NCBI GenBank assembly: GCA_040954595.2
Contig: CM082597.2
Location: forward strand, 6,907,849 to 6,971,848
Direction of reading: 5' to 3'
DNA: 64,000 nt
Source of the DNA: Balanoglossus misakiensis
Lineage: Eukaryota; Animalia; Hemichordata
The position numbers were made by a program, and so were the translations under genes. The notes below the pieces were generated by a model, which did no database searches, was not told where the DNA came from, and was given only the letters and a program-made list of their open reading frames with translations. Position 1 is the stretch's first letter, and each line of letters opens with the position of its first letter. Below, one piece after another: positions 38,789-50,400 of this stretch.

Positions 38789-38828
38789 TGTCTGTGTGTC
38801 TGTTCCAGGGCTGACTGAAAGAAGTTGC
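35559..38828 (+). repeat. ~1.62-kb head-to-tail tandem duplication (35559..37176 / 37177..38828)
   Basis: Offset 1618; TTGC microhomology at the junction; differences seen are one SNP and the (TG)n length (~37097..37135 vs ~38716..38786). Confidence 0.9.
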
Positions 38829-38930
38829 TTCTCATTGTGTTTGTACAGACAATTTTTGGTCTAGCACCACTGGTAAGACTGACATGACACATGACAGTTT
38901 ATTGGGCATGTTCCTTGTTAATTTTTTTAC
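37591..38930 (+). mobile_element. Helentron-associated (HINE/DINE-1-like) non-autonomous element; other copies at 33399..33869, 35973..37176 and 40275..42170
   Basis: Inserted in a T-run; 5' inverted repeat ggtcccat-tggta/tacca-tgggacc; (TATG)/(GTCT) microsatellite; internal diverged tandem units containing gattgctttgaaatttgg. Confidence 0.62.
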
Positions 38931-40355
38931 ATTCCATATTTCTATATTTGTAATTTATACAAGTCAATTGATAAAGAGATGGATTTAAACGAGTTTTTAG
39001 GGGACACACCTGTGCTGCATTTGACAGAAGACCAGCGTAACATGTGTGAAGGTGAATTGCTGGAGAAGGAATGTTTTACTGCACTTTCTAGCATTGCCAA
39101 CAATAAGTCCCCGGGTTCTGACGGCCTAACAGCCGAGTTTTATCGTTTCTTTTGGCGGGATATTTCTGATTTTGTTTTATCTTCTTTAAACGAAGCATAT
39201 AGTAGCGGAAACCTGTCGGTTTCTCAAAAACGCGGGGTGCTTACACTTTTGTTTAAGAAGGGTGCAGAGGAAGATCTTAACAATTGGCGTCCAATTTCCC
39301 TTCTTAACACTGACTACAAGATTGCTACCAAAGCACTGTCAAATCGTCTGAAACGCGTCCTTCCTTCATTAATTCATCGTGATCAAACTGGGTACATAAA
39401 AGGGCGTTACATTGGTGAAAACGTCCGTCTTATTTCTGATATTTTCCAGCTGTCTAGAAAACAAAAAGCCGACAGCGCAATTATTTTTGTCGACTATGAA
39501 AAGGCTTTTGACAGCGTCAATTGGGTGTATATCGAGGAAGTGTTACGGAGGTTTCAGTTTGGTCAGTCTTTTTGTCAGTGGGTTAAAACTCTTTATACAA
39601 ATATTCAAAGTTGTATTTTGTACAAAGGCTGGTGTTCCAGGTTTTTCAATTTACATCGTGGTGTAAGGCAAGGCTGCTCTCTTTCGGCCTTGCTGTTTGT
39701 ACTTGCCATTGAAATGCTAGCATGCAAAATTAAACATAAAGGGTGTCAAGTTACCAACTCACAACAACAGAGTTTGTGAAGCAAAAATTTTCCTGCTAGC
39801 AGATGACACGACTATTTTTGTGCGTGACAAAGCCTCGATTGAACATTTGCTAGTTATCATGGACAGTTTTAACAGTTGCAGTGGTCTAAAAATTAACAAG
39901 GATAAATAACTGCTATTGAAAACTTAGTAGTGTCATGGAAAAGACGACACCTTACTCTTTATGGTAAAATTCTCGTCACAAAATATTTAATATTGTCAAA
40001 AATTACATACTTGTCATCTGTCATTGGTATCCCTGATGATATTTGCTGTAAAATTCAGGCTCTCATCGATAATATAAGAGTAATAGGAAAATTTCAAAAA
40101 GGGTTCTCTACAGGGTATAACTATGGTGGTCTAAAGCATGTTAATGTACAGTTTCAGATAAAAGCAATGTACGCCATGTGGGTTAAAAGGCTAGTCGAAA
40201 GTAAAGATGTGACATGGTCTGTTTTACCATGGTCCTTCTTTCAGTTAGACGAGACAACGAATTACTACTTACAAACTTGAAAACCGCAGCGCGTATAACC
40301 TCAATATTTGATGTGTTGATGCAAGCCGGGTTGTAGATGGGAGTTTGTTCAAATG

Positions 40356-41465
40356 CACTCTCCCCAATCCCTATATATGGAAGTGCTCATTAATATTTAA
40401 TGATGATAGCGCCCTCGAGGTCAGACAAGTTTTAGACCAATCAGAAAGCAGCTATTACGCTCGTAGTGTACAAGTACTTTGTCTTTTCATGCTTTTGTTC
40501 CGGGTTTTATATACCCCATGTTTCTCACTCTGTAAAACGAAATTCTGTCGGCTAAAAAACTTGCCCGCTGGTATATCGATTCTTTGACCCCGAAGCAACA
40601 AGTTTACCATTGCGATTGGATTTTCACCGTTGTTTTGAGGTTTGAGGCCGTCGTGAATCACGACGTGGCCATGGGTCCAGCCAAGCACGAAGACATTTCT
40701 CCAGGAATCACATCAGGTAGTGATACCGCAAAATGGGGACTTTTGGCGTCAATTGTGTTAGTCATTGCGGTGATAGGCGTCGGACATCGGAACATGGGTG
40801 GACGATATACACACAAGTTCGCCAATCCGTACCATGAAGCATGGACAGGGCATATGCGCTTAATGCACAGATATGTTTTTGGAAGGAAGGAATGGTCATT
40901 AAGCCATGCAAACCAGGTACTGATCGATCAAGTGTCAATGATGTCGACATCACACTGAATAAACCCAATTGACGAACTATATAAACCAATGTAAAATATC
41001 GACGAGAATTTTATGAAGTACAAGCTTTTCCGTGTCTCCTCCGTTGTACATGCGTTCATCTTGTATACATCGATCGTACACAGTTTTGCTTCATGTCCAT
41101 GACGTTGATCTGGACTACTACATGTGTAACGACACAGAAGGTCGGGTGCCGCTCCGTGTGTGAAAACTTCGCTTGTTATTGACAGCTAACATTTATCTAA
41201 AATTGCCAATGAGGGCTTGATCAAAGACAATAAAATAACAATGAAAACCGCTTTCCTGAATATCAGCAATCAGATCAGAAAGACGGAGCAGAAACAGTGC
41301 GCAAACACATTAAAACGTCGCGCGGCACTTGCACTTGACTTCAGGTCATCTGACTACTCATTAATATGCGCACGCATCTGATTGGTCACTTCAGTAAATT
41401 TTCAGTACCTTTGACTCTATATGAATATTAATGAGCACTTCCATATATAGGGATCGGGGAGAGTG
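40356..41465. mobile_element. Non-autonomous DNA transposon with 42-bp CAC-starting TIRs and 5-bp TSD (Transib/RAG-like signature)
   Basis: AAATG|CACTCTCCCCAATCCCTATATATGGAAGTGCTCATTAATATT ... AATATTAATGAGCACTTCCATATATAGGGATCGGGGAGAGTG|AAATG; the empty site is visible in the sibling HINE copies. Confidence 0.82.
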
Positions 41466-42425
41466 AAATGAAGTTGTCATTGCCAAAAATATGCAAATTA
41501 GCTGGGAAAATGTGAAATTGGTCAAAACTCAAAAAAGCAACAACCACTGGTCAGATCGATTTGAAAATTGGCATGCATATGTAGTATGTCTACCTCAAAC
41601 CGTCCTATTTGTTTAGAGCTAATATTATCGATTTTCTATTTTTTTATGCATTTTTCCATATTATTGGTAAAAAAAATCATTTCTGAAAATGAATGGCCTA
41701 CTTCTTTGAAATTTTGTACGAAGCTTCCCATAGGCTGTCTGTGTAACCATAGTTTTGTTTAAATTTGCATATTTATAATTTTGAGCAATATTTGCCATTT
41801 TTGTTCAATTTTTTTTTTCTGAAACCGCATGCCAGATTGCTTTGCAATTTGGTAGGCATGTTCCTAGGGGTAAGATGTTGTTAATATTTGCATAAATGTG
41901 ATATTGGGGAAATTTTTGCAATTTTTGTCAAAAATAGTTTTTTTCTGAAACTGCGTGTCACATCATCGCATTGAACTTTGGCAGGCAAATTCCTCATAGT
42001 GATTGAAGTTAGATATTGTACCATTTTGGTGATATATGCATATTTGTATTTTTGCCACCTTTGAACAAATATTTTTTGTAAAACTGCTTTGAAATTTGTT
42101 TTTTCTCTGATTGCTTTGAAATTTAGGATACAATTTCATAACAAATACATGAGTGTATATACATGTAGTGAAAGAACATTCGACCACACACAACTTCCAT
42201 CCCGTTTTATGATATGAGAGTAAAATCTCGCCCAAAATGAATAAATGGTAGAGACCAATTATTCACTTTGGCAAGTTTTTTCACTCTCGTGTCTACAAGT
42301 GGGATGGAAGTTGTGTGTGGTCGAACTTTGATTCACTATATATCCACATGTACAATAACATAAACGGTGTCTTGTATCAAACAAAATTAATCGGAAAAGG
42401 GCGGTGAGAGAGAGACTTTGTCCCT

Positions 42426-44620
42426 TTAATGCAATCTTTGTCAAAATCTTATATTGTGATGAATATTCCAGATTATTCTTGGTATAAGTGATTGTTCTGA
42501 GCAATTGCTGGTCAGACTGGTTAAAAGGAAATGACGAAAGATGTGTAAATGCAGTCAATTTATTTATGAATATATTTACAGTTGTTTGATTGCTAATTGT
42601 CATCACAGAATTCTCTGCAAAAATTTTCTATCTAATGCTGTTGTTACAATGATTATCATACAAACTGTACCACAGTATTCACAAGATCAATTAGACATTG
42701 GCTTACTTTGTTTAGTCATAGTTTATCAAAAACATCTGTCTGTCTGGCGTACACATCATAGTCTTTTCCAGACCAGTTACCAAATTACCGATAATTCTCG
42801 CTACCTTAAGGGACCGTTCAGTTTTTACGGCTGGGGGGGGGGGGAGTTTGTGTCATAAAGGATAACACTAATTAATGTTCACTGAATTGCTTTGGCACAA
42901 TTTGACCGAAAATCACCGTAACAACAGTCTTCTCTTTTCTCTGTAAATGTTTATTCTGCTACGTATAAAATATTGTTATATTTTATTACACAAATGGTAC
43001 TTCAATGGCACAATGCATTCCTGTGTTCAAGTCTGGTCCCCTGCCCCATTCCCACCGCTGGCTGTGCTATGCTAAAGGGAAAGGGGTCAGGTACGGGCTA
43101 TTGTAAACATGGCTCTCATTGGCATACAGACATTTGGAGGCATCCATCTTGTTTATGATCACATGGTCTTTGTTTCAGGACAAATATGCTGGGCAGGTTT
43201 TTGGCCAAGATCGGGCTGTACCTGACCCCTTTCCCTTTAGCGTAGCGCAGCCAGCGGTGGGAATGGGGCAGGGAACCAGACTATCCTGTGTTCTTGACAT
43301 AATTCCCATAATTCCAAGGGTGCATATTAATGACAATATTTCTATTTGCCAAACTTATTTGATTTATCTCGCAATTCCATCATTCTAAAGAAACCATGTG
43401 TTTTCCAGATTAATACTTGTAAAGAAATATTCACATCCGATATATGTTGCTATAACAACTGTTGCTAAGTAGGTTCCAAATTTCAGAACTTTTTTTAGGA
43501 GTTTTTAGTTCAAAAATTAAAGTTTCAAGGACATGATTGTAGAGTGTGTTTTTTAGCCATTTATGATCATGAACATTTTATGAGAACATAATCGGCTAAA
43601 TCAATATTCCATGACTTTCCACACGTCAATTTTGTCGACCATGAAACTGTATTTAAAATACAGAACAAATCAGTAAAAATCCTCAGAAATTATATTTAAT
43701 ACTTCTATAATTAGCCGCAAACTTTCTGACATTATTGCATGATCTTGTTCTCCTATTGGTTGAAAATGACCATGCACTGACATGTAACCATTTTTAATAG
43801 AATGTTTCAAAACATGAACCAAGAAATATGTCCTGAAAATTCTTATTTATGTGTATTCTTCGATATTAAATGACGTCAGACGAGCTCAGGCGGCAGTTAC
43901 ATTGGCATTCAAATTTCCAGATGACGGGCAACTTCAACAACGTGGTGCAGACAAAGACAGTACAGACAAAACGCCATGAGGCTGATAAGGCATTATACAT
44001 GATACATGTTACGTGTCTGGCAGTTGTACTCAGAAAAACTTTTACTGGATGCCAAAATATTGCTTGCCCGTCACCTGGAAATGACAACGCTGTGGGTCAC
44101 ATGGCCAGATCACGTGATTGAAGTAAGGAATACTTTGTATCTTCCACAATATGTGTATAATTCTCAAAACTATTTATTAGAAGATGCAATATATATTATG
44201 AGCTAGAGGGAGTTGTTATTTCTGTTTACTGGCAAATATTAAAATTTGTTGACAAGCACACTGCAGTTCATTCTATTTCTGGATATTTTCTCGAATAAAG
44301 ATTCTATTATTTATGAAAATAAAAAAATATCAAAGCTATAATACAGTCTGATGTAATATTTGATTGACATTTAAAAAAATATGTCTCTTCTAAACCTGTG
44401 TTGCTGTAGCAGACAATGAAAAGGCTGCCCTCTACCAGACGATGTGAGTCACAACAATGTGCTATCCTCACAGAGCCTGGACATCTCCTTCCATTGACTG
44501 AAACGCAACACAATCTGAATAAAAAGAGTTTCTGTTACTTTTTCTTAAAGCTCCATTAGCTGTATTGTTTCACTATATCTTCAGTATTTTTGTTTTGTGT
44601 ATCTTCTGCAGTTTCTTGTT
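42426..44620 (+). repeat. Diverged segmental duplication, copy 1 (paralog of 50401..53187)
   Basis: Colinear, roughly 90% identical by eye, differing by MITE insertions. Confidence 0.92.
43029..43283. mobile_element. MITE with ~70-bp TIRs and 10-bp TSD TCCTGTGTTC (Mutator-like); paralogous copy at 51247..51450
   Basis: TSD at 43019..43028 / 43284..43293 and at 51237..51246 / 51451..51460; ends (t/a)agtctgg ... cagacta. Confidence 0.8.
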
Positions 44621-44771
44621 TGAATTCTAACTTCAGCTTCATTGGCAACATTATATTCAGTTTGAGAGAATCTCGTGACGCCTTGCATTGTTGTCAATTA
44701 TGTGTAAATATGCGTTCAATTTTTGTCATTGTATTTTGTTGAATTTTGGAAAAGTGTGTCTCTAAGCATAG

Positions 44772-44858
44772 ATTATATGTACTAGTCTGACATGTTTGGT
44801 TGTGTCTTAGAGCATTGCTCTCAGACACAACCAAACATGCCAGACTAGTACATATAAT
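44772..44858. repeat. 87-bp near-perfect palindrome
   Basis: 43-bp arms (attatatgtactagtctgacatgtttggttgtgtcttagagca and its reverse complement) with 2 mismatches. Confidence 0.9.
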
Positions 44859-46813
44859 GTTTACAGATAGCGAAGGCATTCGTTTATTCAAAATCGTAAA
44901 ACGTGTGGAAAGTATCAGCTAATACATTTTAGATCATTGTTGTATGAGTGCGTAGGTACTTTACGTAATATAAGAATGGACAACGTTTTTGCAGATATTT
45001 AGTATAGATAGATGCCACGGCATTTGAGTGGTTTATTAAGTATGTGCACCTGGCGAAGCCCAGCTTTACATTAATTGTAGTGAAGTATCGAATGAAGTTG
45101 AGCTTACCCCTTGATTGGAACCCATTAGAGTTTTTTTTTTATAATTTGGTGTCATGTTTACAACTTTGGAATCTAACTTTTCTTTTGATATGTTTACATT
45201 AGTCTGAAGAAGAGCTTGTGACAAGTTTCTAGTCGATAATAAAGTTGAATGCGTTTTTTTCAAAATCACAAGAAGGTACCTGCTTGCTTTTATGAGTAAA
45301 GAGGGTTTTCCATTGCATAAACTTATAATTCCTTTAACAGACACGCACTAATCATTGGTTCTGCCAAGGTCTATTTTCCGAAAAGCAACGAAGATAACTG
45401 GTGTTGACCTTTTTGTTTTCTTGAAAATCGCCACAGTTTTAACACAGGCGGCCATTTTGAATATCAATTTTGAGACAATGTGACACTATTTTGCTACGTC
45501 ATTCAAAATTTTGCGCGATGAGTTCTGATTTTTTCTCAATTCGAAAACAATATAAAGAGGGTAACGGCCTTGAATGAGTAAATCGTCATGATTTGACTTC
45601 TAAATTTCTCTTACATTTATCATTAAGCCTTTGTTTTCAATTAACAGTATCGCTTGCAAGAATGGCCCGAAGTTCATCACGGTAACTGTCGTTTATTCAG
45701 TTGTCCATGTTATCCCAGAGGACTGTTTCACGAAAATAGCCCCGGCGGGGTGGGGGGAAGAGTAACTCCTTTTAACAGCGTCCTCTGTCGTCCGTGCCAC
45801 GGAGCATCTATGTTTCACCTTCCATACTGCCATACAGTGGATGTGTGCAGATGACTGTGACGGAGAATGTGCTGTATTTGGAAAGTTTCTTGACAAGCGA
45901 GATGCGGGCATAGGTATGTATCGATATATGTATATCAACTATTGAATACGAGAATGATTTGCTCTGGTCTTTTGTATGCATATTGTGCAATCTTGAACGT
46001 GTGTGCTGCAACAACGATTGCTAGCTTTGTAGCCGACAGCTTTTTTTTGGGGGGGGGGGTTCTTGTTGTTGGTCCTTCTAATCCCCGCGTTTGCCGTGTA
46101 TCGCCCGAGGTGTCTCTAGGGGAAATCATTAACAATTAATTTCGGACGTTTCAACTTTAGACAAAAGATGCAGATACGAAATGAACTGTTTCACACAATT
46201 GATTTTACAAAGAAAAAGTGGGCAGTTTCTACACATTTGTAGTTTACTAGTAGACTTATGTCAAAAGTCGACATTGTTGGTGTTCAAGAGGTTAAAATTA
46301 TCGCAAAGCGTTTTGAATATTTCTCAGTAGAAGTGAAATCGAGATACTTTGTGTAGTGTTATCTGCAGTTTTGGTTAAGTGCGTATATATGCCACACAGC
46401 AATGCAAGTTAATGCCTGACCTTTGCTCTTCTTTACAAATGTTAAGATGCCTCTATGCGCACTAATGCATTGTGCAACTCTATCTCCAATGTAGACGTAT
46501 ATATATGTCATGGGTCATTGACAACATTTTCTCATTGAGGACAAATAGTGTCACATAATGATATATTTGACATATTGATATCTATATTTGACAATCTTTC
46601 ACTGCTTCAAAGAGATGGTCGATCTGGTGTCGGCCATACAAGACCGAACTGTGCTCTGTTTTTTTTCCAAACTCATTACCATGTTCAGAGTTTTTCCTGA
46701 AGCTTTGCATGATTAAGGGTTGATCACATCCAGAATGCATGCGCCACTCATAACATACATAATATTACAAGTAAAAAAGTTAAACATCCCGATTTGACAT
46801 TACTTATTAACAG

Positions 46814-48175
46814 ATGAAGCACACGTTGCCTGGACACATCAGGGTGATTCAGTCGAAACTCAAAAGCCCCCATCCGAGGTAATGTAATATCATTCACTTA
46901 AGATATATTGATCCCCTAATGCTGAAGTTTTTACTCATAGATGTTACTGCACAGGTAAACAAAGGACCTACTATAAACAACAATATAAACAACAACATGT
47001 ATTATCCAGCGGGGATGAGTGGGAGAATTAATGTTAATACAACACTTAACTTGGCCTAGATATTATATGACCCTTTGCTTCTTTTGGCTTCTATAATTCC
47101 CAGAATGGTGAACATTATGCGAAGGCGGGCATGTATATACATTTTCTGCGTGGTACTAGTATGTGTATGTACATACTTTGTGAAAAGTCTGCTACTGGCA
47201 GTGTGTGGTGGTTGCAACAGGCCTTGCTACATGAGTGACCAGGAGTTCCACGACCTCCGATATTTGCTGCGCAAGGTCATCGACGCATTGGAGTTTTCAA
47301 ACATAACGTATTGGCTTAACGATGGGACTTTACTGGGTGTTTTTCGAATAAATGATGTTATGAGGTAGGTACAAATGGTGCCATTTCAAACACAGTTGGG
47401 ACATAGTTACGTAAATCTGACAATCAAACAAACAAACAAACAAACAAACAGTCATGCAAGTGGTGGTACCAGGTGTGCAAATACTCTTGTATTTTTCAAT
47501 TGGGTCAGTCTTGAAAAGTGAAGTACTAGCAGGGCACGCTTACCCATTCCGGACACCTGGTACCACCAGGACGACATAGTTATAATAATGATATTATTAT
47601 CGTTTTGTCGACCTGTTCCTTAGACATATCTTGTTTACCCTGAATGATAAGGACAATTGGATCTGTTTTGATGTCACATTCCTCCATTTTATCGTCTTTT
47701 TGGGTCGAAATTTAGGCACGACTATGACGGTGACATTGCAATCTTGCGCAATGGTGATGTACACCTTTTGGAAGATATATGCACACCGAGACTGGTAGTG
47801 GATGGAATTCGACACATTCCGTGCTATATTGACGAACAAGACAGGCGTGGAACTTGCGTCTCTCGTTACCTGTACAACACCGCGGTCGTTGACCTGCAGC
47901 ATTATCAAATCTACACCGATGTATGTGAGAATCTTCCCTGTCGTAAAATAAGACGCATCACGACCGTCGACGTGGAAAAGGGAATCACTATCATCCACCG
48001 AGTCTCTTACAGTCGTCAACAATTTCCAGCGTCCTGGATATTGCCACGGCAGAATATCACCTTCCTCGGTGGTATTGCTAGAGTTCCCAGAGAGCTTGAA
48101 CTGTATGTCCGATATCTATACCCACATTATAAATACGAGATTCGTTACAAATGGAATTGCTGGCTTCCTTTTTAA
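46814..48175 (+). CDS. LicD/fukutin(FKRP)-family nucleotidyltransferase, type II membrane protein; join(46814..46878,47104..47364,47716..48175), 261 aa
   Basis: GT-AG introns keep the frame (phase 2, 2); RRR followed by a hydrophobic TM segment; YWLNDGTLLGVFR and, across the junction, RHDYDGDI (DxD); AATAAA twice at ~48236..48252. Confidence 0.85.
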
Positions 48176-50347
48176 AGATCTGTGCTGTTTTGTACTTATT
48201 TCATACATCGTTTTCTGAAAGTATACTTGTCTTAAAATAAAGTTGAAATAAAGTTGAACCAACGCAGGGTCTCCAGAACAACTGGTTTACTTACAGATTC
48301 CTCGGATTATTCCACTATCGTGTTGTCTTTCTTGGCTTCGTCTTCTGTCCATGGGAGCTCGAGTAGCGTGTTACTACAAACTGAGACACAAACCGTTCAA
48401 TATCACTATCGTAGTCGGTATCAAAAATATCAGAGAAATCGACGAGGTCCATCCTGACCACAGGTAAGCACGAAAATGGCGTGGCAGGCCATCCACCTGG
48501 TGAGAACATAATCTAAATATGCAAACACTACCACTATATCGAGCAATCCCATGCAGGTATAGATTGCATGCCTTCTTGCCGGCCAATAGCAAATACAGTA
48601 AAGCAGGGCGAATTGTACTTGACCAATCAGATTAAAACAGTTTACTTCTACACATGTGGTACATGTCTCTGTTGCTCTTATTCACATGCAGATGTGCATT
48701 GACTGAACCCCCCTACTTTCTGCGAAAGGTCAACCTTCATCAGGTTGACAAGTTCCATTCCTTATCGACAGGCACAGCGACTGCCATAGAGTCCAGGTGG
48801 GCAGATGTACGTGGACAGATGACCTAAATACAGCTGTGAACATTTGCATATATGTGATGTCATTTGCCAATGGCATGTGTGTCTTCTGGAATATGGTTCT
48901 GTATTTTTTCTGATGCAAAGAAAATTGATTTTGGAAATTACCCCTATCACCTGCTGCTTAGCAATGTTATTCCTTCGGTTAAAGCGCGTAGCTTGTCTCA
49001 CGCGCATGCGCGTAACTTCCCAGCAAATTTTCCATTCGATGCATTCAAATAGTGGACTGCCTTCGCTTCCTTCCATATTTCATGCGCACCGTATAAGTAG
49101 ATACTGGATTTGTCCCTCCTTTTCACCCAAACTAGTGTCTTTTCACGATCTCCGACACAGATTATGGTCGCCGCCATCTTCTCTGTTGTTAGGACAGAGC
49201 ACTGGCTTATGGGATTGTTCACGTCTGTAACCAGCGGCGACAGTTGGAACATGCATGTGAGACGAGCTAGGCGCTTTAAACCCTTACTTCCTCTTTTTTT
49301 TCTTATTAGGTGGCCTATGGAGTTGTCAAGAAGTGTAGCAGTAGACGGGAAGACGTATATTGCCTTTCACAAAATTCTTGATATATACTGATATTGTACA
49401 TACAACTGTTAAGTGCTGACACTACGTGTAGTTGCTGACATTGAAATTGTAGGATCAAAGAGCAATATGGGAAATGCGTTCACAAGTATTCAACACGTAA
49501 TGAAAAAAAGACATTGTAGAATTATTACAACTTGTAAAATGAATCAAAACAATCATGCGCACAAAAATGTCAACACAATAAACTTCGCCCATTCTACTGA
49601 TTAAACAAGTATTTTATTGGCAATCACTGTAGAAAATATTATTGGTATATGTAAGCAGGGGGAATAAAACATTTTAATTAATATACTGTTTGAGTCAGTA
49701 AGTAAATGTCCATTTGCCTATGTGTATTTTGAGGAGTGAAAAGTAAGATTGTAACCAACTTGATTTCAATGTTTGAGCAACTTGAGACACAAATAACACA
49801 TCTGATTTATGCCATCATGCCCCCCCCCCCCCCACAAATGTTACACCCAACCCAAACACGCCCCTAAACACGAGAAAGTTGAAACCATATTGTTACTGCA
49901 GAGCTGTATCAGGCTGTTTGTAATTGAACAAGTATAATCGTTCAAAATAGCCTAGGTCCGATAAAACCAATGTCTGGCGTCTTTTGTACTTTTAACCCTG
50001 ACAGCCCTCGTCCCAGACAGCCTCTATGTCACACATCACCCTGATGGTTGCTATGTTACCATACAAGTAACTATGGAGATCGTAAACATACAGCTAGCTC
50101 CATGGTGCAGATTGCTTGGTGCAAAGCCCTGGTCCAAACCTCCCCTTTTTGAGAAGGCAATGCAGACTAGACTATGTAGACTGAGCATGTACATACAGAT
50201 ACTTCCTTCACACTGGCATCATGGACACATAGACACATTTCTGAATTTATTTTTACAAATCACAAAATACATCATTGAATTTGAAATTGATTGGAAAGTT
50301 CCTGTAGATTTGTCTCTTCTCCATTGCTTTAATTAATATTACTTTAA

Positions 50348-50400
50348 CCCATTCACCACCACGTCTATAGACTCTATAGAGGGAACTGTGGGTGAAAGGG
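50348..50400. mobile_element. 53-bp piggyBac-type mini-MITE; 85-bp relative at 60386..60470
   Basis: TTAA|CCC(A/T)TTCACC ... GGTGAAAGGG|TTAA at both sites, with a shared internal ctctatagag/gggaactg. Confidence 0.78.

Larger units (their letters stand above)
31380..40280 (+). mobile_element. Decayed L1/Tx1 LINE fragmented by nested insertions and duplications
   Basis: CCHC ORF1 remnant; endonuclease motifs GGDFN, RLDYFFVS, DH, RGPG (32320..32934); RT motifs KSPGSDG, WRPISLLN, DYEKAFDS, GVRQGC, ADD (38979..39830); SWKRRHLTLYGKI (39930..40280). Confidence 0.85.

Noticed and set aside
40584-40958. 124-aa ORF with a hydrophobic stretch inside the CAC-ended element
   Set aside because: Non-ATG start, no transposase or RAG motifs, no splice support.
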